Assembly (NCBI GenBank): GCA_965221275.1
Contig: OZ244875.1
Location: forward strand, 2,704,623 to 2,768,622
Length of the DNA: 64,000 bases
From: Phototrophicaceae bacterium
GTDB taxonomy: Bacteria; Chloroflexota; Anaerolineae; Aggregatilineales; Phototrophicaceae
Direction: 5' to 3'
Position numbers and translations under genes: made by a program. The notes under the pieces were generated by a model. That model searched no databases. It saw only the letters and a list, made by a program, of their open reading frames with translations, and was not told the origin of the DNA. Positions 35,194 through 45,411 of this stretch are shown piece by piece; position 1 is the stretch's first letter, and the number at the start of each line of letters is the position of its first letter.

Positions 35194-36438
35194 CTAGCGG
35201 CGGAGGATTCTGTTGACAATGCCGAACCAGAAGGGAGCGCCTTGCGCTGTTGCAATCACTGTCGCGGCAATGCCTAAGAACTTCATCACCAGCAAGCCCA
35301 GCCAACCTTCGGGATTGTTGTCTGGGAAATAATTCCACAAATTATTGGGGTCGCTGCGGGCGAGATCATTTGCGGGCTGGTCGCCCACATTCTGGAAGCT
35401 CCAGCCAATCGGCAAGCTGAGATCCTGGAGATCTTGCAACTGATTGGCGATGGCTGCGCCCGATTCCACCGCATCCCCGATCGGGTCCTCCAACTCCGCC
35501 TGACTGGCGGTGAATTCGTCGTCAGACCCCGTCGCATTACCTAGCTCTGTCTCCAGGTCTCCACTTTGCACCGAATAATTGAGCGCGCCGCTGATTTGCT
35601 CGCGTCGGGCGGGGTCTTCCCACAATGTACGGGCGATCTGCAGCGTATCGATGTTGATAGCCAGCGCAAAACACAGCGCCACCACAATCGACAAGTTTTT
35701 CATTTTAGAGGAGTAAGCCGCACTGGCGCGGCTCATCGAATTGTTGAACCAGTGTTCCAAATTGCTGCGCGCGACTTCCGCATTCTCCGCGCTTGCCACG
35801 ACAGTAGAGAGAGCGCTACGTAGATTGAGATTCTGAATCTGCAGGATGCCAGCCATCAGCGAGACATTCCTGGTTGGCTCCAAGCCGAGCAGGCTGACTT
35901 CCTCATCAATCTGATTCAGTATATCGGTGAGAGCGCTGCGGTAACGGCGGTCTTGTACATAGGGCAGGGCTTTTCGCAGTTCCGCCATTCCTTGACCCGT
36001 GCTGATAACGCGGTTCACCATCACGCGCAATCCGCGCCGTTCCGGTCCAGAGGGCATGCCATCGATGACATTCAAGAGCGCGCCGAATAATTGCTGGTCC
36101 GATTCTGCCTTGATAGTCGCCAACACGACATCAACAAAAGTATGCCTGTCGATCCAGTCCACCGAACCGATCGACCCTTTGGCGACTTTCTCCGCATCTG
36201 CCCGCGAGATGCGTTGTGTCGGGGCGATTGGATCCGCTTTCACCAGCTGAATCAAAGGATGAGTATATACTTTCGCCCGAATCACCGGGTCTTCGATGAT
36301 TTGGTCGAGGGTGTTGCGCAGGTTTTTCGCGCGCAGCCTTGCCGCCCTAGCAATCAAGGAGTTGACCTCTGTCACCAAGATGCTCAGCAAGATGAAGACA
36401 AAGATTAAGCCAACGATGACTTGAACAATGGCAGCCAA
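35194..36438 (-). CDS. Hypothetical membrane protein (N- and C-terminal TM helices, large helical middle)
   Basis: 414-aa ORF. MAAIVQVIVGLIFVFILLSILV at the N-terminus and GWLGLLVMKFLGIAATVIATAQGAPFWF at the C-terminus. No family recognised. Confidence 0.5.
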   Translation of the reverse strand: MAAIVQVIVGLIFVFILLSILVTEVNSLIARAARLRAKNLRNTLDQIIEDPVIRAKVYTHPLIQLVKADPIAPTQRISRADAEKVAKGSIGSVDWIDRHTFVDVVLATIKAESDQQLFGALLNVIDGMPSGPERRGLRVMVNRVISTGQGMAELRKALPYVQDRRYRSALTDILNQIDEEVSLLGLEPTRNVSLMAGILQIQNLNLRSALSTVVASAENAEVARSNLEHWFNNSMSRASAAYSSKMKNLSIVVALCFALAINIDTLQIARTLWEDPARREQISGALNYSVQSGDLETELGNATGSDDEFTASQAELEDPIGDAVESGAAIANQLQDLQDLSLPIGWSFQNVGDQPANDLARSDPNNLWNYFPDNNPEGWLGLLVMKFLGIAATVIATAQGAPFWFGIVNRILRR

Positions 36439-36526
36439 ATCAGTTCCCTTTCGCCGCGGCGCACCTCGCCCGTAAAGACCGAGGCGTATTGAAATTTAGT
36501 ATAGTCGAAGCCTTCTTTCCCGCAAG

Positions 36527-37150
36527 CTAAAGGCTAACGCTTGCCGGCGCTGCTGTCGCGCTGGGGAGTGGTGTGGGCGAGGGCAGCGTTCGTTGACGGG
36601 TGGCGGTGATAGGTGGCTCAGTCGGTTGGGGGCTTGGCTTTTGGGTCATGGTGGCTGTGTCAGTCGGCGTCGGACTTAGGGTATTGGTAGGTGTTGCTGT
36701 TGGATGCAGAGCGCGGATGATATCCCGATGCATGTATACCATTTCCAGGCGACGTGTCAATGTATTCTGGTCAATCAGATACCAGTTAGTATTTGGCACC
36801 AGCGCAATGACGCAGACGATTTCCCCTTCTTTGAGCGCGCCAACAATGCCGCTGTTTATGTCTGGCGTGGCGCGCACGATGGCTTCAGGCACTCGTACAA
36901 CAAACTCCTGGCAGGCTGGGACGGGGGTCAAACTGGGCAAAGGACTCGGCGCGTTGAACTCGATTTCTCGAATCTGCAGGGCAGTAGCTGTTACTTGTTG
37001 CACTGCCTGCTCGGTCGATTCGCTGACGGAGACGCCAGTGTTCACGAAATTGCGGAAGCCCAGCCAAACATAGTAGATGCCAAAGACAATGGCAACGCCG
37101 ACCACTATGACAAACCAAGATGGAGGTCCGGATCGCTGACGGAAACTCAT
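36527..37150 (-). CDS. Membrane-anchored protein with an SH3b-like domain and a Pro/Thr-rich C-terminal tail
   Basis: Start chosen at ATG 37150 (MSFRQRSGPPSWFVIVVGVAIVF...). VRVPEAIVRATPDINSGIVGALKEGEIVCVIALVPNTNWYLI resembles bacterial SH3. The tail reads PTATPTNTLSPTPTDT... Confidence 0.5.
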   Translation of the reverse strand: MSFRQRSGPPSWFVIVVGVAIVFGIYYVWLGFRNFVNTGVSVSESTEQAVQQVTATALQIREIEFNAPSPLPSLTPVPACQEFVVRVPEAIVRATPDINSGIVGALKEGEIVCVIALVPNTNWYLIDQNTLTRRLEMVYMHRDIIRALHPTATPTNTLSPTPTDTATMTQKPSPQPTEPPITATRQRTLPSPTPLPSATAAPASVSL

Positions 37151-37349
37151 GAAGCCCTCATTAGCTGCTGAGACCCTAAAATAACGGATTCTGCCCCCGC
37201 TACGCAAGCGAGCGTAGCGGAAACGTCAAATGATCGACAGGTTCATAGGATTTCTAAGCGCAGAACGGAGCATCTGAATGATTGCCGCCACACGCTTGAA
37301 ATATGTGGGACATGGGATATGATGTTGCCCTATGTTGGAGGTGAAATTT

Positions 37350-38252
37350 ATGCCAGCTCCTAGCAGATTGCTATTGCTGATCTTTGCCAGCTTATTGGCT
37401 GTCAGCGGCATCAGTGCGCAAGAGCAACCCAGGCAGTATCTGACGATCTATGCGGCGACATCGCTCACGGATGTCTTTGAAGCCTTGGAAGTCGCTTATC
37501 TGGAGAACCATCCCGAAACCGAGATCCTGCTGAATTTCGCCAGCTCCTCTACCTTGGCAGCCCAGATCAACGCGGGCGCCCCAGCCGATATCTTCGCCAG
37601 CGCCAACGAAACCCAGATGAGCCTCGTCGTTGATGCGGAACGTATCAATCAGGATGACGTACATATCTTTGCTCATAATCAACTTGTCTTGATCCTGCCA
37701 GCTGACAATCCCGCGGAAATCGAATCGATGGCGGATTTGGCAAACGAAAGCATCTTGCTGGTTTTGGCAGCGGAAGGAACGCCCATCCGCGCTTACACCG
37801 ATGCTATGCTGGTCTCTTATAATGAGGAATATGGGCAAGACTTCAGCGAGCGTGTCTTGCGTAATCTAGTTTCCGAAGAGAGTAATGTGCGTCAAGTGAC
37901 GACGCGCATCGCGCTGGGCGAGGCCGATGCTGGCATTGTCTATCAAACCGATGCCATGGGCGACTTGGGGCAGCAACTTATCACTCTCCCTATTTCTGCG
38001 GAACACAATCAGCTGGCATCCTACCTTATCGCCATGCTATCTGATTCCTCTAACGCTTCGGCGGCCGCGGGCTTCATTGATTTCCTGCTCTCGGAAGCAG
38101 CGCGCGATATCCTCATCGAATACGGCTTTTGCTCACCTGCTATACTAGATGATGTTCCCTTAACTGATGTCAGGCTGGAGCCAACACGTGAAGCCGAAGA
38201 CAACCCTGCAGCGGAAAGCAGCCCCTGCCAGGCGCAGCCAGTTGAAGACTGA
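37350..38252 (+). CDS. modA: Molybdate ABC transporter substrate-binding protein
   Basis: IYAATSLTDVFEAL, FASSSTLAAQINAGAPADIFASAN. ATG 37350 is preceded by GGAGG-N8. The track ORF starts at 37332. Confidence 0.85.
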   Translation: MPAPSRLLLLIFASLLAVSGISAQEQPRQYLTIYAATSLTDVFEALEVAYLENHPETEILLNFASSSTLAAQINAGAPADIFASANETQMSLVVDAERINQDDVHIFAHNQLVLILPADNPAEIESMADLANESILLVLAAEGTPIRAYTDAMLVSYNEEYGQDFSERVLRNLVSEESNVRQVTTRIALGEADAGIVYQTDAMGDLGQQLITLPISAEHNQLASYLIAMLSDSSNASAAAGFIDFLLSEAARDILIEYGFCSPAILDDVPLTDVRLEPTREAEDNPAAESSPCQAQPVED

Positions 38253-39033
38253 CAAGCTGCTCCTTTTTAGCATAAGTACCTTCGCTTTTTTATTACTCGC
38301 GACACCCGTGCTGGTGCTGCTGGCTAGCGGCATCCGCTCCCGCGCTTGGGAAGGCTTGCCGAATCCATCGACCATTCTCTCCGCTATTGTCCTGAGTTTC
38401 GCTTCAACCTTGGTTGTGGTGCTGCTGGCGGCCTTGTTGGGGACGCCATTGGCGTATGTGCTTTCTCGTTATGACTTTGCCGGAAAGCGCTTTGTCAGTC
38501 TGTTCATCGAGCTGCCCATTGTCATGCCGCCGGCGGTGGCGGGCTTGGCGCTCTTGCTGACTTTTGGCAGGCGCGGCGCCATTGGCTCGCTACTGGCGGA
38601 AGCGGGTATTATCATCCCATTTTCGCTGCTGGCGGTCATCATCGCCCAGTTTTTCATTTCAGCCCCCTTCTACATCCGCTCGGCACAAGTCGGATTTGCC
38701 GGCATCGCCCCGGAAATCGAGGATGCCGCGCGTGTGGATGGCGCCTATGGTTGGCTGATGTTTTGGTATATCACGCTGCCCATTGCCTGGCGGGCGCTAA
38801 TCTCTGGCATGATTTTGAGCTGGGCACGCGCCCTCGGCGAATTTGGCGCGACCATTCTCTTCGCCGGCAATCTGGAAGGCAAAACGCAGACCATGCCACT
38901 CCTGGTCTACAGTGTATTCGAACGGGATCTCGATGCGGCTGTCTGGACCGGGCTGATTCTGATTGTGCTGGCTCTGGTCGCTTTGTTCATGTCACAGTGG
39001 CTGGCGCGCTCACAAGACCGCTTGACCCAATAG
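38167..39033 (+). CDS. modB: Molybdate ABC transporter permease
   Basis: WARALGEFGATILFAGNLEGKTQTMPL is the ModB hallmark. The start is uncertain (ATG 38167, or GTG 38188 preceded by GGAG-N7). It overlaps the modA 3' end. No modC is adjacent. Confidence 0.85.
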   Translation: MSGWSQHVKPKTTLQRKAAPARRSQLKTDKLLLFSISTFAFLLLATPVLVLLASGIRSRAWEGLPNPSTILSAIVLSFASTLVVVLLAALLGTPLAYVLSRYDFAGKRFVSLFIELPIVMPPAVAGLALLLTFGRRGAIGSLLAEAGIIIPFSLLAVIIAQFFISAPFYIRSAQVGFAGIAPEIEDAARVDGAYGWLMFWYITLPIAWRALISGMILSWARALGEFGATILFAGNLEGKTQTMPLLVYSVFERDLDAAVWTGLILIVLALVALFMSQWLARSQDRLTQ

Positions 39034-39194
39034 TTGATATAATCCCGCAGGTTGTTCCGAGTATAGGTGGGAGACAGTCAGCTTGAGCGACAAATTGTTC
39101 GCTCTTTCCCAGTCCAGCAGAGCGCATTCATCGGAGTTTCCAAGATCCAGCCGCGGTGCCCGGGGCAGAGCAAAGCGGAAGCGCCAAACAGAAT

Positions 39195-39220
39195 GAAAAA
39201 AGCGATCCAACTAGATCGCT
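39195..39220 (-). terminator. Putative intrinsic terminator downstream of icd
   Basis: 7-bp stem agcgatc / gatcgct with a 6-nt loop. On the minus strand it is followed by TTTTTT (plus-strand a-run, 39196-39201). Confidence 0.4.
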
Positions 39221-39258
39221 CTTGGCTTGTTGCTTGAGATGCTGTTTGGGAAAGAAAC

Positions 39259-40548
39259 TTAGACAGTGTCCATGTTGTCGATGATGCGCGTGGCGAACTC
39301 GCTGGTGGCGACTTTGGTGGCATTTTCCATCTGCCGCGCGAAGTCATATGTCACATAGCCCTGATCGATGGTTTTCTCATAGGCTTTGGTGATTAACTCC
39401 GCAGCCTCGAACCAATTCAAATGTTCCAACATCATCACGCCGCTGAAGAGCAGCGAACCCGGATTGACCATGTCCTTGTTGGTATACTTGGGCGCGGTGC
39501 CATGCGTCGCTTCGAACAAGGCGATCTCGTCCCCAATATTGGCGCCTGGCGCAATGCCAACCCCGCCAACTTCCGCCGCCAGCGCATCGCTGAGATAATC
39601 GCCATTGAGGTTGGTGGTGGCGATCACATCGTGTTCGCGCGGGCGCAGCAACATCTTCTGGAACATGATATCGGCGATGGTATCCTGAATCAGAATCTTG
39701 CCATTGGGTACAGTACCGTCATGCTCGGCCGCCACCTCGTCCCAGGAAATTGTCTGCTCGGGGAATTCTTCCCGCGCCAGTTCATAACCCCATTTTTGGA
39801 AGGCGCCTTCGGTGAACTTCTGGATGTTGCCTTTGTGCACGAGGGTGACCGCACTACGCCCGCGGTCGATAGCATACTGAATGGCGGCGCGGATTAAGCG
39901 CTTGCTGCCGAAGGGGCTGATCGGTTTGATGGCCAAGCCGGCATCCGGGAAGAAGTTGGTCGCGCCTAACTCGTCCTTGAGGAATGCAGCCAGTTTTTTG
40001 TTCTCTTCCGTGCCGGATTCGTATTCGATGCCCGCATAGGTATCTTCGATATTTTCGCGAAAGATCACCACATCCACATCTTCCGGGTGCTTCAACGGGC
40101 TGGGTACACCTTTGTACCAGCGCACCGGACGCACACAACTATAGAGATCCAGCACTTGGCGCAAAGTCACATTCAAACTGCGAAAGCCGCCACCGACCGG
40201 GGTGGTCAGCGGTCCCTTGATGCCGACTTTGTATTCGCGGAAGGCCTCGAAGGTTTCTTCCGGCATGTAATTGCCATCATAGATTTCGGCAGCTTTTTCG
40301 CCAGCATAAACTTCCATCCAGGAGATTTGCCGTTCGGCCCCATAAGCCTTCGCCACCGCCGCATCCCAAATGCGCTTGCTGGCGGTCATAATATCGTAGC
40401 CGATGCCGTCTCCTTCGATAAATAGCAGGATAGGATGATCCGGCACCTGCATATCACCATTGCTAAAGGTGATTTTTTCTCCCGCATTCGGCATCTTTAT
40501 CTTGTCGTAAACCATTGCCAGCTGGTCCTCCTTATTTCTTCGGCTCAA
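39259..40548 (-). CDS. icd: NADP-dependent isocitrate dehydrogenase
   Basis: 429 aa. [54 protein letters not shown]. Confidence 0.93.
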   Translation of the reverse strand: MSRRNKEDQLAMVYDKIKMPNAGEKITFSNGDMQVPDHPILLFIEGDGIGYDIMTASKRIWDAAVAKAYGAERQISWMEVYAGEKAAEIYDGNYMPEETFEAFREYKVGIKGPLTTPVGGGFRSLNVTLRQVLDLYSCVRPVRWYKGVPSPLKHPEDVDVVIFRENIEDTYAGIEYESGTEENKKLAAFLKDELGATNFFPDAGLAIKPISPFGSKRLIRAAIQYAIDRGRSAVTLVHKGNIQKFTEGAFQKWGYELAREEFPEQTISWDEVAAEHDGTVPNGKILIQDTIADIMFQKMLLRPREHDVIATTNLNGDYLSDALAAEVGGVGIAPGANIGDEIALFEATHGTAPKYTNKDMVNPGSLLFSGVMMLEHLNWFEAAELITKAYEKTIDQGYVTYDFARQMENATKVATSEFATRIIDNMDTV

Positions 40549-40726
40549 TTATTCAATCCGCGGAATTATAGCACATATCTCCCGCAGGTAAACTAGCTAG
40601 TTAGTCCGAGCCTTAGCCCGCTCCTAGAGCCCGCAGCGCCGACATTTGCATTGTTTTCCCTTGCAAAGGCGCAAAGATTCAATCAAAATCAAGTCACTCG
40701 TACAATTGAATATGCAGGAGTTACTT

Positions 40727-42517
40727 ATGCACAGTCCCCTGCCGTCCAACGAGGAGTTAGAAGCGCATAGTGCTGCCGTCTCTTGGCGGCAAATTGAAGA
40801 GCTAAAAGAGAAATTCAACCAACGCTTAAACCAACTTGAGGAGACAACAACGGCGGACGAGCTCCCCTTAGAAGATCTCTCCCGCAGCACCGGTATACCG
40901 ATTAAAACATTTCACAATTCAACCCAGGCAGGCAATAGCATCTACGGCGAAATTAACGGGCGGCGCATTTTGCTCGCCAGCTACGTTAGCAAGCGCTATC
41001 GTAAAGAGCCGCTGCTCAAATCTATTATCCCTTACAATCTCAATCCGAGTGTCAATCATCTGAATTTGAATCAGGCGGATTGCCCAAATACCAGGCTGCG
41101 CGCACTAGGTGCCGAATTGGAGTTGGGTCTCTATTGCCCCGATGGATCACCACCAGCCGAGGAACAGGTACAGCGCTTCATCAGCGTTTACCGCGCTCAT
41201 GCCCATCGCCTCGGCATCACAGTACAGGTGGATCGCGAAGCCTGCATGTACCAAGTTGAGGTACATGTGGCGCCGGGCATCGGCTATCACCGCACGCGGC
41301 GTTCTCTCGATGGGATACTGCAATCCCTGGTAGCTGCTGCGAACGCGACCAAACTGCACACGGCAATCCTGTCCGCTTATCCGATAGACAGCGATTTCAA
41401 ACTGTCAGATGACCCCAAAGTACAGACTGCCGTCGATGTCATGCAAGAAGTCAACAACGCTTTCCCGCAGTATTTGGAACGATTGCGGGCGGCGCATCAA
41501 CGTTACCATATCGACCCGAAGGCGAATTTTGTCGAAACTTTTCGCTTGCAGGGCTGCCATGTTCATCTTGATATTGCTGGTCGTTCAGAAGCGCTGGGCT
41601 TGTTCGCTTTTCATACGCTGCTGCACAGTGCCTCGGCGATCGCCAATAAAGCTGTGTTAAAAGGCGGTCCCTTTGTCAATGGCACTTGTGACGCCGAGCT
41701 GCTTTGTACGCGGGAGTACCTGCGGGATACGACCGTCACGGGACGCTATTTGTCGCTGCCAGTCTCCCCACATTATAGTCCTGATGGCTTGGCGCTTTAT
41801 ACCAGCTTGTTGCAGAACGATCGGGCTAATGCGGTCGCTCGCGCTCTCTTGCTAGATAATTCTCTGGGGTCGCCTGTCTCGGTCATGCACAACCCAATCG
41901 GGCGCATCCGCCCGGAACTCGGCGGCAGCAGACGTATCTGCACCATCGAAAGCACCGGTTTGCCAGTCAATATTAGCGCCTCGCGGCAGGCTGCGGTATT
42001 GACCGACCTGGAATTCACCTACGCGCTGGTAGAGCATTATTTTCGCCGGCATGGCACTGACCTGAGACCACTTCATGACGATGCCGATTTGTCTGCCATG
42101 ATCGCTCCGCTGGAGCATAGTCTCTACCGCCGTTTACAAGATCAATCCGATCGTTGTGGCAATGACCTGCTGCTCGAGACGGCGGCGGGAACAGGCATGG
42201 CGCTGCAGGAATTCTATGAACTGAAGCGAGCTTACATGCATCAACACTTGATCGATATCGTTGATGTGACCCCGCGCGATATTGACGATGTCTACGTGAG
42301 CTTGCAGCGAATGTTGAACCCGCCCAGCGGACGGGTAGCCGAGACGCCGGAGCACTATATCATTGACAGCGCGCGCCGCAGTACCGGCAACTGGGGGCGG
42401 ATATTGCGCCAGGCATTTCTGGAGGAGGGCGGTGTCCCGGGTGAGCATTGCCCGGATGCAGTCCTGCGCGTGGCGAACCGCGTGCATCAGGCGCTGGAGC
42501 GGCGCTATAGCGGCTAG
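40727..42517 (+). CDS. Large hypothetical protein with a glutamate-cysteine-ligase family 2 / carboxylate-amine-ligase (YbdK)-like core
   Basis: LGAELELGLY (ExE) and FRLQGCHVHLDIAG (GxHVH) resemble GCS2 motifs. The other ~300 aa are unassigned. Start ATG 40727 is preceded by AGGAG-N5. The track ORF starts at 40646. Confidence 0.45.
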   Translation: MHSPLPSNEELEAHSAAVSWRQIEELKEKFNQRLNQLEETTTADELPLEDLSRSTGIPIKTFHNSTQAGNSIYGEINGRRILLASYVSKRYRKEPLLKSIIPYNLNPSVNHLNLNQADCPNTRLRALGAELELGLYCPDGSPPAEEQVQRFISVYRAHAHRLGITVQVDREACMYQVEVHVAPGIGYHRTRRSLDGILQSLVAAANATKLHTAILSAYPIDSDFKLSDDPKVQTAVDVMQEVNNAFPQYLERLRAAHQRYHIDPKANFVETFRLQGCHVHLDIAGRSEALGLFAFHTLLHSASAIANKAVLKGGPFVNGTCDAELLCTREYLRDTTVTGRYLSLPVSPHYSPDGLALYTSLLQNDRANAVARALLLDNSLGSPVSVMHNPIGRIRPELGGSRRICTIESTGLPVNISASRQAAVLTDLEFTYALVEHYFRRHGTDLRPLHDDADLSAMIAPLEHSLYRRLQDQSDRCGNDLLLETAAGTGMALQEFYELKRAYMHQHLIDIVDVTPRDIDDVYVSLQRMLNPPSGRVAETPEHYIIDSARRSTGNWGRILRQAFLEEGGVPGEHCPDAVLRVANRVHQALERRYSG

Positions 42518-42569
42518 CGCCTTCGCAGGGAATTCACGCAGTTTTCATACACCGCAGAAAGATTCAGCA

Positions 42570-42597
42570 TTGGGGACGCTGGGGATTGTGATATAAT
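42570..42597 (+). promoter_or_regulatory. Putative sigma-70-type promoter with extended -10, upstream of rnj
   Basis: TTGGGG (42570-42575), a 16-nt spacer containing TG (42589-42590), then TATAAT (42592-42597). Confidence 0.4.
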
Positions 42598-42732
42598 GCA
42601 CTTATGCTCGTGAGTGCAATATTTTGCTTCAGGACCAATACATGCCGGGCTTAGGCATGATTATCAATCAATAGAAGCTTCAAAGGAGCGCACCTATCGA
42701 TATCAGACAACGTAATACCATAGGACATCTAA

Positions 42733-42770
42733 CACCCGCAAGATCAAACGTTGACGGGTGATTTTGATTT
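42733..42770 (+). promoter_or_regulatory. Terminator/attenuator-like hairpin in the rnj leader
   Basis: cacccg (42733-42738) pairs with cgggtg (42755-42760), with an inner tcaa/ttga pairing. It is followed by attttgattt and then GGAG (42771-42774) and ATG 42785. Confidence 0.35.
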
Positions 42771-42784
42771 GGAGTAAACATCAC

Positions 42785-44443
42785 ATGGCAAAAAAAGCGA
42801 AATTTAAGATCACCCCGATCGGAGGTTTGGGGGAAATCGGCAAGAACATGACTCTCTTCGAAATGAATGGAGAGGGCTTTCTGATCGACTGCGGCATCAT
42901 GTTCCCCGCCAACGACATGCACGGCGTCGATTATATTATCCCCGATTTCCGTTGGCTGGAAGAACGCAAGAACATCCGCTTGCATGGCATTTGTTTCACC
43001 CACGGGCATGAAGACCACATTGGCGCTGTACAGCACGTTGTCAAGGCTTTTCCCGATTTGCCGTTATACGCCACCCCCTTGACAGCCGGCTTGCTGCAAG
43101 TCAAGCTGAAAAACGCGCGCTTGCTCAAGACGACCGATCTTCACACTTTTGAGGCTGGCGATATCATCAAGATTGGTCCCTTCAAACTGGAGAGCTTCCA
43201 CGTTTGTCACAGCATTCCCGATTGCGTCGGCTATGCGATCAACACGCCTTACGGCATGGTGGTTCACACTGGCGACTACAAGTTTGACAACACCCCCGTC
43301 CATGGCAGGAAGACCGATTATGCGCGCCTGGCTGGTTTTGCCCAGCGTGGCGTTGCCTTGTTGTTGGCGGACAGTACCAACTCGGACAAATCTGGCTGGA
43401 CAAAATCCGAGGCGGTCATCGAGGCTGCTCTGGACAAAGTCTTCCGCCAGGCGCAAGGGCGTATCATGGTGGCAACCTTTGCCTCGCTGATTTCCCGCGT
43501 GCAACAGGTGGTCAATGCCGCTCGCAAGCACAAGCGCAAAGTCTGCATCACTGGCTATACCATGTCCGAATACGCCAAAATCGCGCGCAAGCTCGGTTAT
43601 CTCAATGTCGATGATGGCTTGCTGGTGAACATCAACCAGGCGCAAAACCTCCCGCCGCACAAAGTCGTTTTCATGGTGACCGGCTCACAGGGAGAACCCT
43701 CGGCAGTATTGGGCAAGTTGGCTGCTGGACGGCATCGGCAGCTCGATGTGCGCGAAGGCGATACTATCATCCTTTCGTCGCATCCGATCCCCGGCAACGA
43801 AGAGATGGTCTACCGCACCATCAATCGCTTGATACAGCGCGGCGCCGATGTCATTTACGATCCGATCGAGTCGGTACATGTATCTGGGCACGCCTGTCAA
43901 GAAGAAATGCGCCTGATGCTCAATCTGACACAGCCGAAGCATTTGATCCCGGTGCATGGCGAAATCCGCCATTTGCATCTGCACGCCAAGCTGGCGGCCG
44001 ATAATGGTATACCGGCGAAGAATGTCATCACAATTGAGAATGGCACCACCGTCGAGTTGGATCACAAAGGTGTAAAAGTCGCTGAACGGCAGCCGGGCGG
44101 TTATGTCTTCGTCGATGGAAGCGGTGTGGGCGATGTCGGGCGTGTCGTGATTCGCGATCGCGAGATCCTCGCCAAAGATGGTTTTGTCCTCGTCAGCGCC
44201 AATGTCGATCAGCGGAGTGGCAAGCTGCTGGCTGAGCCAAGGATTATCTCGCGCGGTTTTGTCTATCTTAGGGATGCGGAAGACTTCCTGGATCAAATTC
44301 GTGACAATGTTACACAGGTGCTGCATCAAAAACGCTCCCTCAATGGCAATCGCAGTAACCTGGTCGAGGAGAGCCTGGGCAAGCTGATCTACAACGAAAC
44401 CAAACGCCGCCCCATGATCTTCAGCATCATCAACGAAATCTAA
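42785..44443 (+). CDS. rnj: Ribonuclease J (beta-CASP metallo-beta-lactamase RNase)
   Basis: ITPIGGLGEIGKNMT, CFTHGHEDHIGA (HxHxDH), SGHACQEEM, IPVHGE. Start chosen at ATG 42785. Confidence 0.9.
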   Translation: MAKKAKFKITPIGGLGEIGKNMTLFEMNGEGFLIDCGIMFPANDMHGVDYIIPDFRWLEERKNIRLHGICFTHGHEDHIGAVQHVVKAFPDLPLYATPLTAGLLQVKLKNARLLKTTDLHTFEAGDIIKIGPFKLESFHVCHSIPDCVGYAINTPYGMVVHTGDYKFDNTPVHGRKTDYARLAGFAQRGVALLLADSTNSDKSGWTKSEAVIEAALDKVFRQAQGRIMVATFASLISRVQQVVNAARKHKRKVCITGYTMSEYAKIARKLGYLNVDDGLLVNINQAQNLPPHKVVFMVTGSQGEPSAVLGKLAAGRHRQLDVREGDTIILSSHPIPGNEEMVYRTINRLIQRGADVIYDPIESVHVSGHACQEEMRLMLNLTQPKHLIPVHGEIRHLHLHAKLAADNGIPAKNVITIENGTTVELDHKGVKVAERQPGGYVFVDGSGVGDVGRVVIRDREILAKDGFVLVSANVDQRSGKLLAEPRIISRGFVYLRDAEDFLDQIRDNVTQVLHQKRSLNGNRSNLVEESLGKLIYNETKRRPMIFSIINEI

Positions 44444-44596
44444 GCAGCGGCAACTCGGGAAAGTGCTGAACTTCAAGGGCATCGCAAACCCCTGTTCAGC
44501 AATCCCGACTGGACACCGCAACATTCGCTCTCAGTCTCCGTACTAAGACATGGAACAATCCATAGGCAAAGAATATAAAGAAAGCAGGAAAACAGA

Positions 44597-45289
44597 TTGA
44601 TGCCGCAACCCGTAATCCGCGCCAGGGATATTACGCGCGATCTCAAACTTGGTACCCATGTTGTGCAAGCCTTGCGCGGGGTAAACCTGGAAATCCATCG
44701 CAAGGAAATGGTGGGAATTATCGGTCCTTCCGGCAGTGGCAAAAGTACCCTGCTCGGCATCATCGGCGGCTTGGATAGCCCGACGGATGGCAAGATGGAA
44801 ATCGATGGCGTTGATATCACCAACATGAACGAGGACCAACTCACCGATATTCGCAACCAAAAGATTGGATTCGTTTTCCAATTCTTCAACTTGATACCGA
44901 CCTTGACCGCCCTGGAAAATGTCACCTTGCCGATTGAATTTGCCCAACAGCGCCGGCACAAACCCTTCCAGCGCGCCAAAGAATTGCTGGATATGTTAGG
45001 TATGGAGGATCGCTTCAATCATCGCCCCAACGAGCTTAGCGGGGGCCAGCAACAGCGGGTTGCCATCGCCCGCGCCCTCGCCAACGACCCGCCGATACTG
45101 CTGGCGGATGAGCCAACTGGTAATCTGGACACCGATTCCGGTGAGACCGTGCTGCAAGCGCTCAACACCATTCGTGACCAAAATGGCACCACTGTTGTAT
45201 TGGTAACACACGATCAATCGCTGGCATCGCAAATGGACCGCGTGCTCACGCTGGTGGACGGCAAGATCGTTGATGGACTTGCCGTCTGA
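44597..45289 (+). CDS. ABC transporter ATP-binding protein (LolD/MacB/FtsE-like); no adjacent permease
   Basis: 230 aa. [36 protein letters not shown]. Confidence 0.85.
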   Translation: MMPQPVIRARDITRDLKLGTHVVQALRGVNLEIHRKEMVGIIGPSGSGKSTLLGIIGGLDSPTDGKMEIDGVDITNMNEDQLTDIRNQKIGFVFQFFNLIPTLTALENVTLPIEFAQQRRHKPFQRAKELLDMLGMEDRFNHRPNELSGGQQQRVAIARALANDPPILLADEPTGNLDTDSGETVLQALNTIRDQNGTTVVLVTHDQSLASQMDRVLTLVDGKIVDGLAV

Positions 45290-45411
45290 TAACAACCAAA
45301 AGCCGATCATCGATTTCTTCGGGAGCGCGCCTTCACAAAATCCGCCTGTTTACCCGCTGCAAACGCGCTATAATCAGCTGCTGATTGTCTAGGGTCGGAG
45401 AAGGAAATCCA

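Noticed and set aside
39034-39258. Expected modC after modAB
   Set aside because: There is no ORF with ABC ATPase motifs. The region holds only hairpins and the icd terminator, so modC must lie elsewhere.
43685-44524. 279-aa minus-strand ORF inside rnj
   Set aside because: It lies entirely antisense to a confidently identified RNase J gene, so it is a shadow ORF.
45290-45411. Possible purine riboswitch upstream of the phosphoribosyltransferase gene
   Set aside because: The leader is too short and lacks the conserved purine-aptamer junction sequence.
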